Under the pieces are notes generated by a model. It saw only the letters and a program-made list of their open reading frames with translations, searched no databases and had not been told where the DNA came from. A stretch of DNA of 32,889 nucleotides, from positions 1-32,889 of the forward strand of contig RBZT01000746.1 in assembly GCA_003693705.1 (NCBI GenBank), written 5' to 3'. Made by a program: the position numbers and the translations under genes. Positions 31,374 to 32,889 of the stretch are shown here, in pieces (within the stretch, counting starts at the first letter, position 1; each line of letters begins with the position of its first letter). The stretch comes from Polymyxa betae A26-41 (Eukaryota; Protista; Endomyxa: Phytomyxea).

Positions 31374-32889
31374 TATTGATAGCCATTCTTTTACCACATC
31401 TTATAATATGAATAAATACAGTATTTAATCATTGCCAAGCGATAATAAGGGATTCTCTCTCGGTTTATGATACTCAATACAAATGTGATTCAACCAAGTT
31501 GCCATTTCATCTTGCCTTTTACCTTGTGAAGAGGCAAGGATTTAGGGTTAAAATCGCCCTTTCAAGACTCTTGTCTTTTGTAGCTGATCTTAATCATTCG
31601 TTTCTTGTATCACTCTGGAGGCATTAAGTTTATCGATACCTTACTTTATCGCCTCTGGCATTTCGTAAAAACTGTGCACTTGCCTTCACCTGTTGGTACT
31701 TCAATAGGTTTTCCAGATCACAAAGGCAATTCGAGCTGTATTTACGTTTGTGAGCTTCATTGCGAACTCCACAAGCAAACGGAATGGGGGTGCAAAACGT
31801 TTGAATTCGGACGGGTTGCTAGGTTAGGGTTCTATGGTACACCTTAGGTGGCTTTCTTGCCTCCCCATCAAACTTTAAAATTTGAACTTTTAGGAAAAAT
31901 GCCGTCACAGAGCATAGAGCGATAATCGCTTACATCAGAGACTAATCGAAATGATTCATCATCGGCATTAATCTGAGAAGAAAATCTAAATGCAGCAAGC
32001 TCGGATATCAGGGCGGCTTGATATTGGGTAGTCATTAGAATAGCGATGATCCGAAGCATCTTAAACTCATCATTAATTGGCCGCATCGTTTTGTCTTTCC
32101 GACCTCAATGGCTCTGTCTCAGTGGTATCAAAGGACGCCGGGGTCGTTGTGCTTGAATAGAAACAGCCAGCTGATGGCATCGATACAGATGTCAAAGCGA
32201 AATCTGACTTATCAAAAAGCGATCGCATTTGCTTCCCAGGTGCGTTTTTCAGTAACAATCTTTACTCGAAAGATTGCAATAAAAGAATCAACAGAAGCTG
32301 CGTTGAACAAGGCGCACTCTGAATTTGACGCGCTCCTTTCCCGCCATAAAATCTCTCCTTTGCCTCTTCACACATTCATGATAGTCTTCGTCCAACATAA
32401 TAACAATCCAGTGGATCTACGTCTTCACCAGCAACTTGTAGAAGAGCTGGTTCTTATGGAGCCGTGTCGTATGTCCCAAGCAGCCCAGAATGCGACTCCC
32501 TCGTCGAACAGTGTCGTCGGTTCCAGTCTTGTCAACAATGGCCGTCTGTTATCTGAGATTGTGAGCCATGCCAGATAGAAGCATGTAATATCCACAGCTG
32601 AAGTATCAGCTGCGAGCGCAAGAGCATTAAATAAGTTGCATATCGCCTTCATTCCATGGACTTGCCAAACGATAAGGATTGCCAGAAAGATCGCCATTAC
32701 CTAGCTCAGCGTCGAAAGTCGTATTCAGAATTCGACGTAGGGTCGCAGTATAGGAGAACAAATCAGAAGTGAATTGTATATAGGATAACAAGGTCTGGTA
32801 CTCGAGGTATGACTGTCTTGACCGTACCATATCTAGCAACACCCTCCTCGTGCCGAGTGCACCAGAAAAAACGCACTCAGTGCGACGCA

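Noticed and set aside
31600-32889. ORFs on both strands at the window end (e.g. 32108-32578 plus)
   Set aside because: Strand and product could not be resolved; may be a partial or decayed gene.
1-32889. Prokaryotic systems (CRISPR, operons, retron or group II intron RT)
   Set aside because: No repeat-spacer array; genes have spliceosomal introns; the RT sits in an APE-RT-RNase H LINE.

Overview
Eukaryotic, intron-rich genomic DNA with short GT-AG introns and scattered TTTAGGG/CCCTAAA motifs. A parasitic protist such as a plasmodiophorid would fit, but the taxon is only an inference. The main content is a local family of three intact 10-exon paralogs (A 14915-18792 minus, B 20608-24256 minus, C 27644-31373 plus; about 900-1060 aa by manual splicing). 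They share the order: signal peptide, ~500-aa unknown domain (with ankyrin-like and F-box-like motifs), a minimal protein kinase with no APE/activation segment, a stalk, a C-terminal TM helix and a short tail. This order places the kinase outside the cell, the reverse of a receptor kinase. A fourth, dead copy (D) is split by a TSD-bounded, RNase H-bearing LINE (10121-14694). The window also holds a two-Myb/SANT gene, a signal-peptide protein ending in a RING-H2 finger, a decayed HEXXH metalloprotease gene and a Ty1/copia RNase H remnant. Overall it looks like a TE-rich island of secreted or surface-protein genes undergoing birth and death. All gene models are manual; no searches were run.
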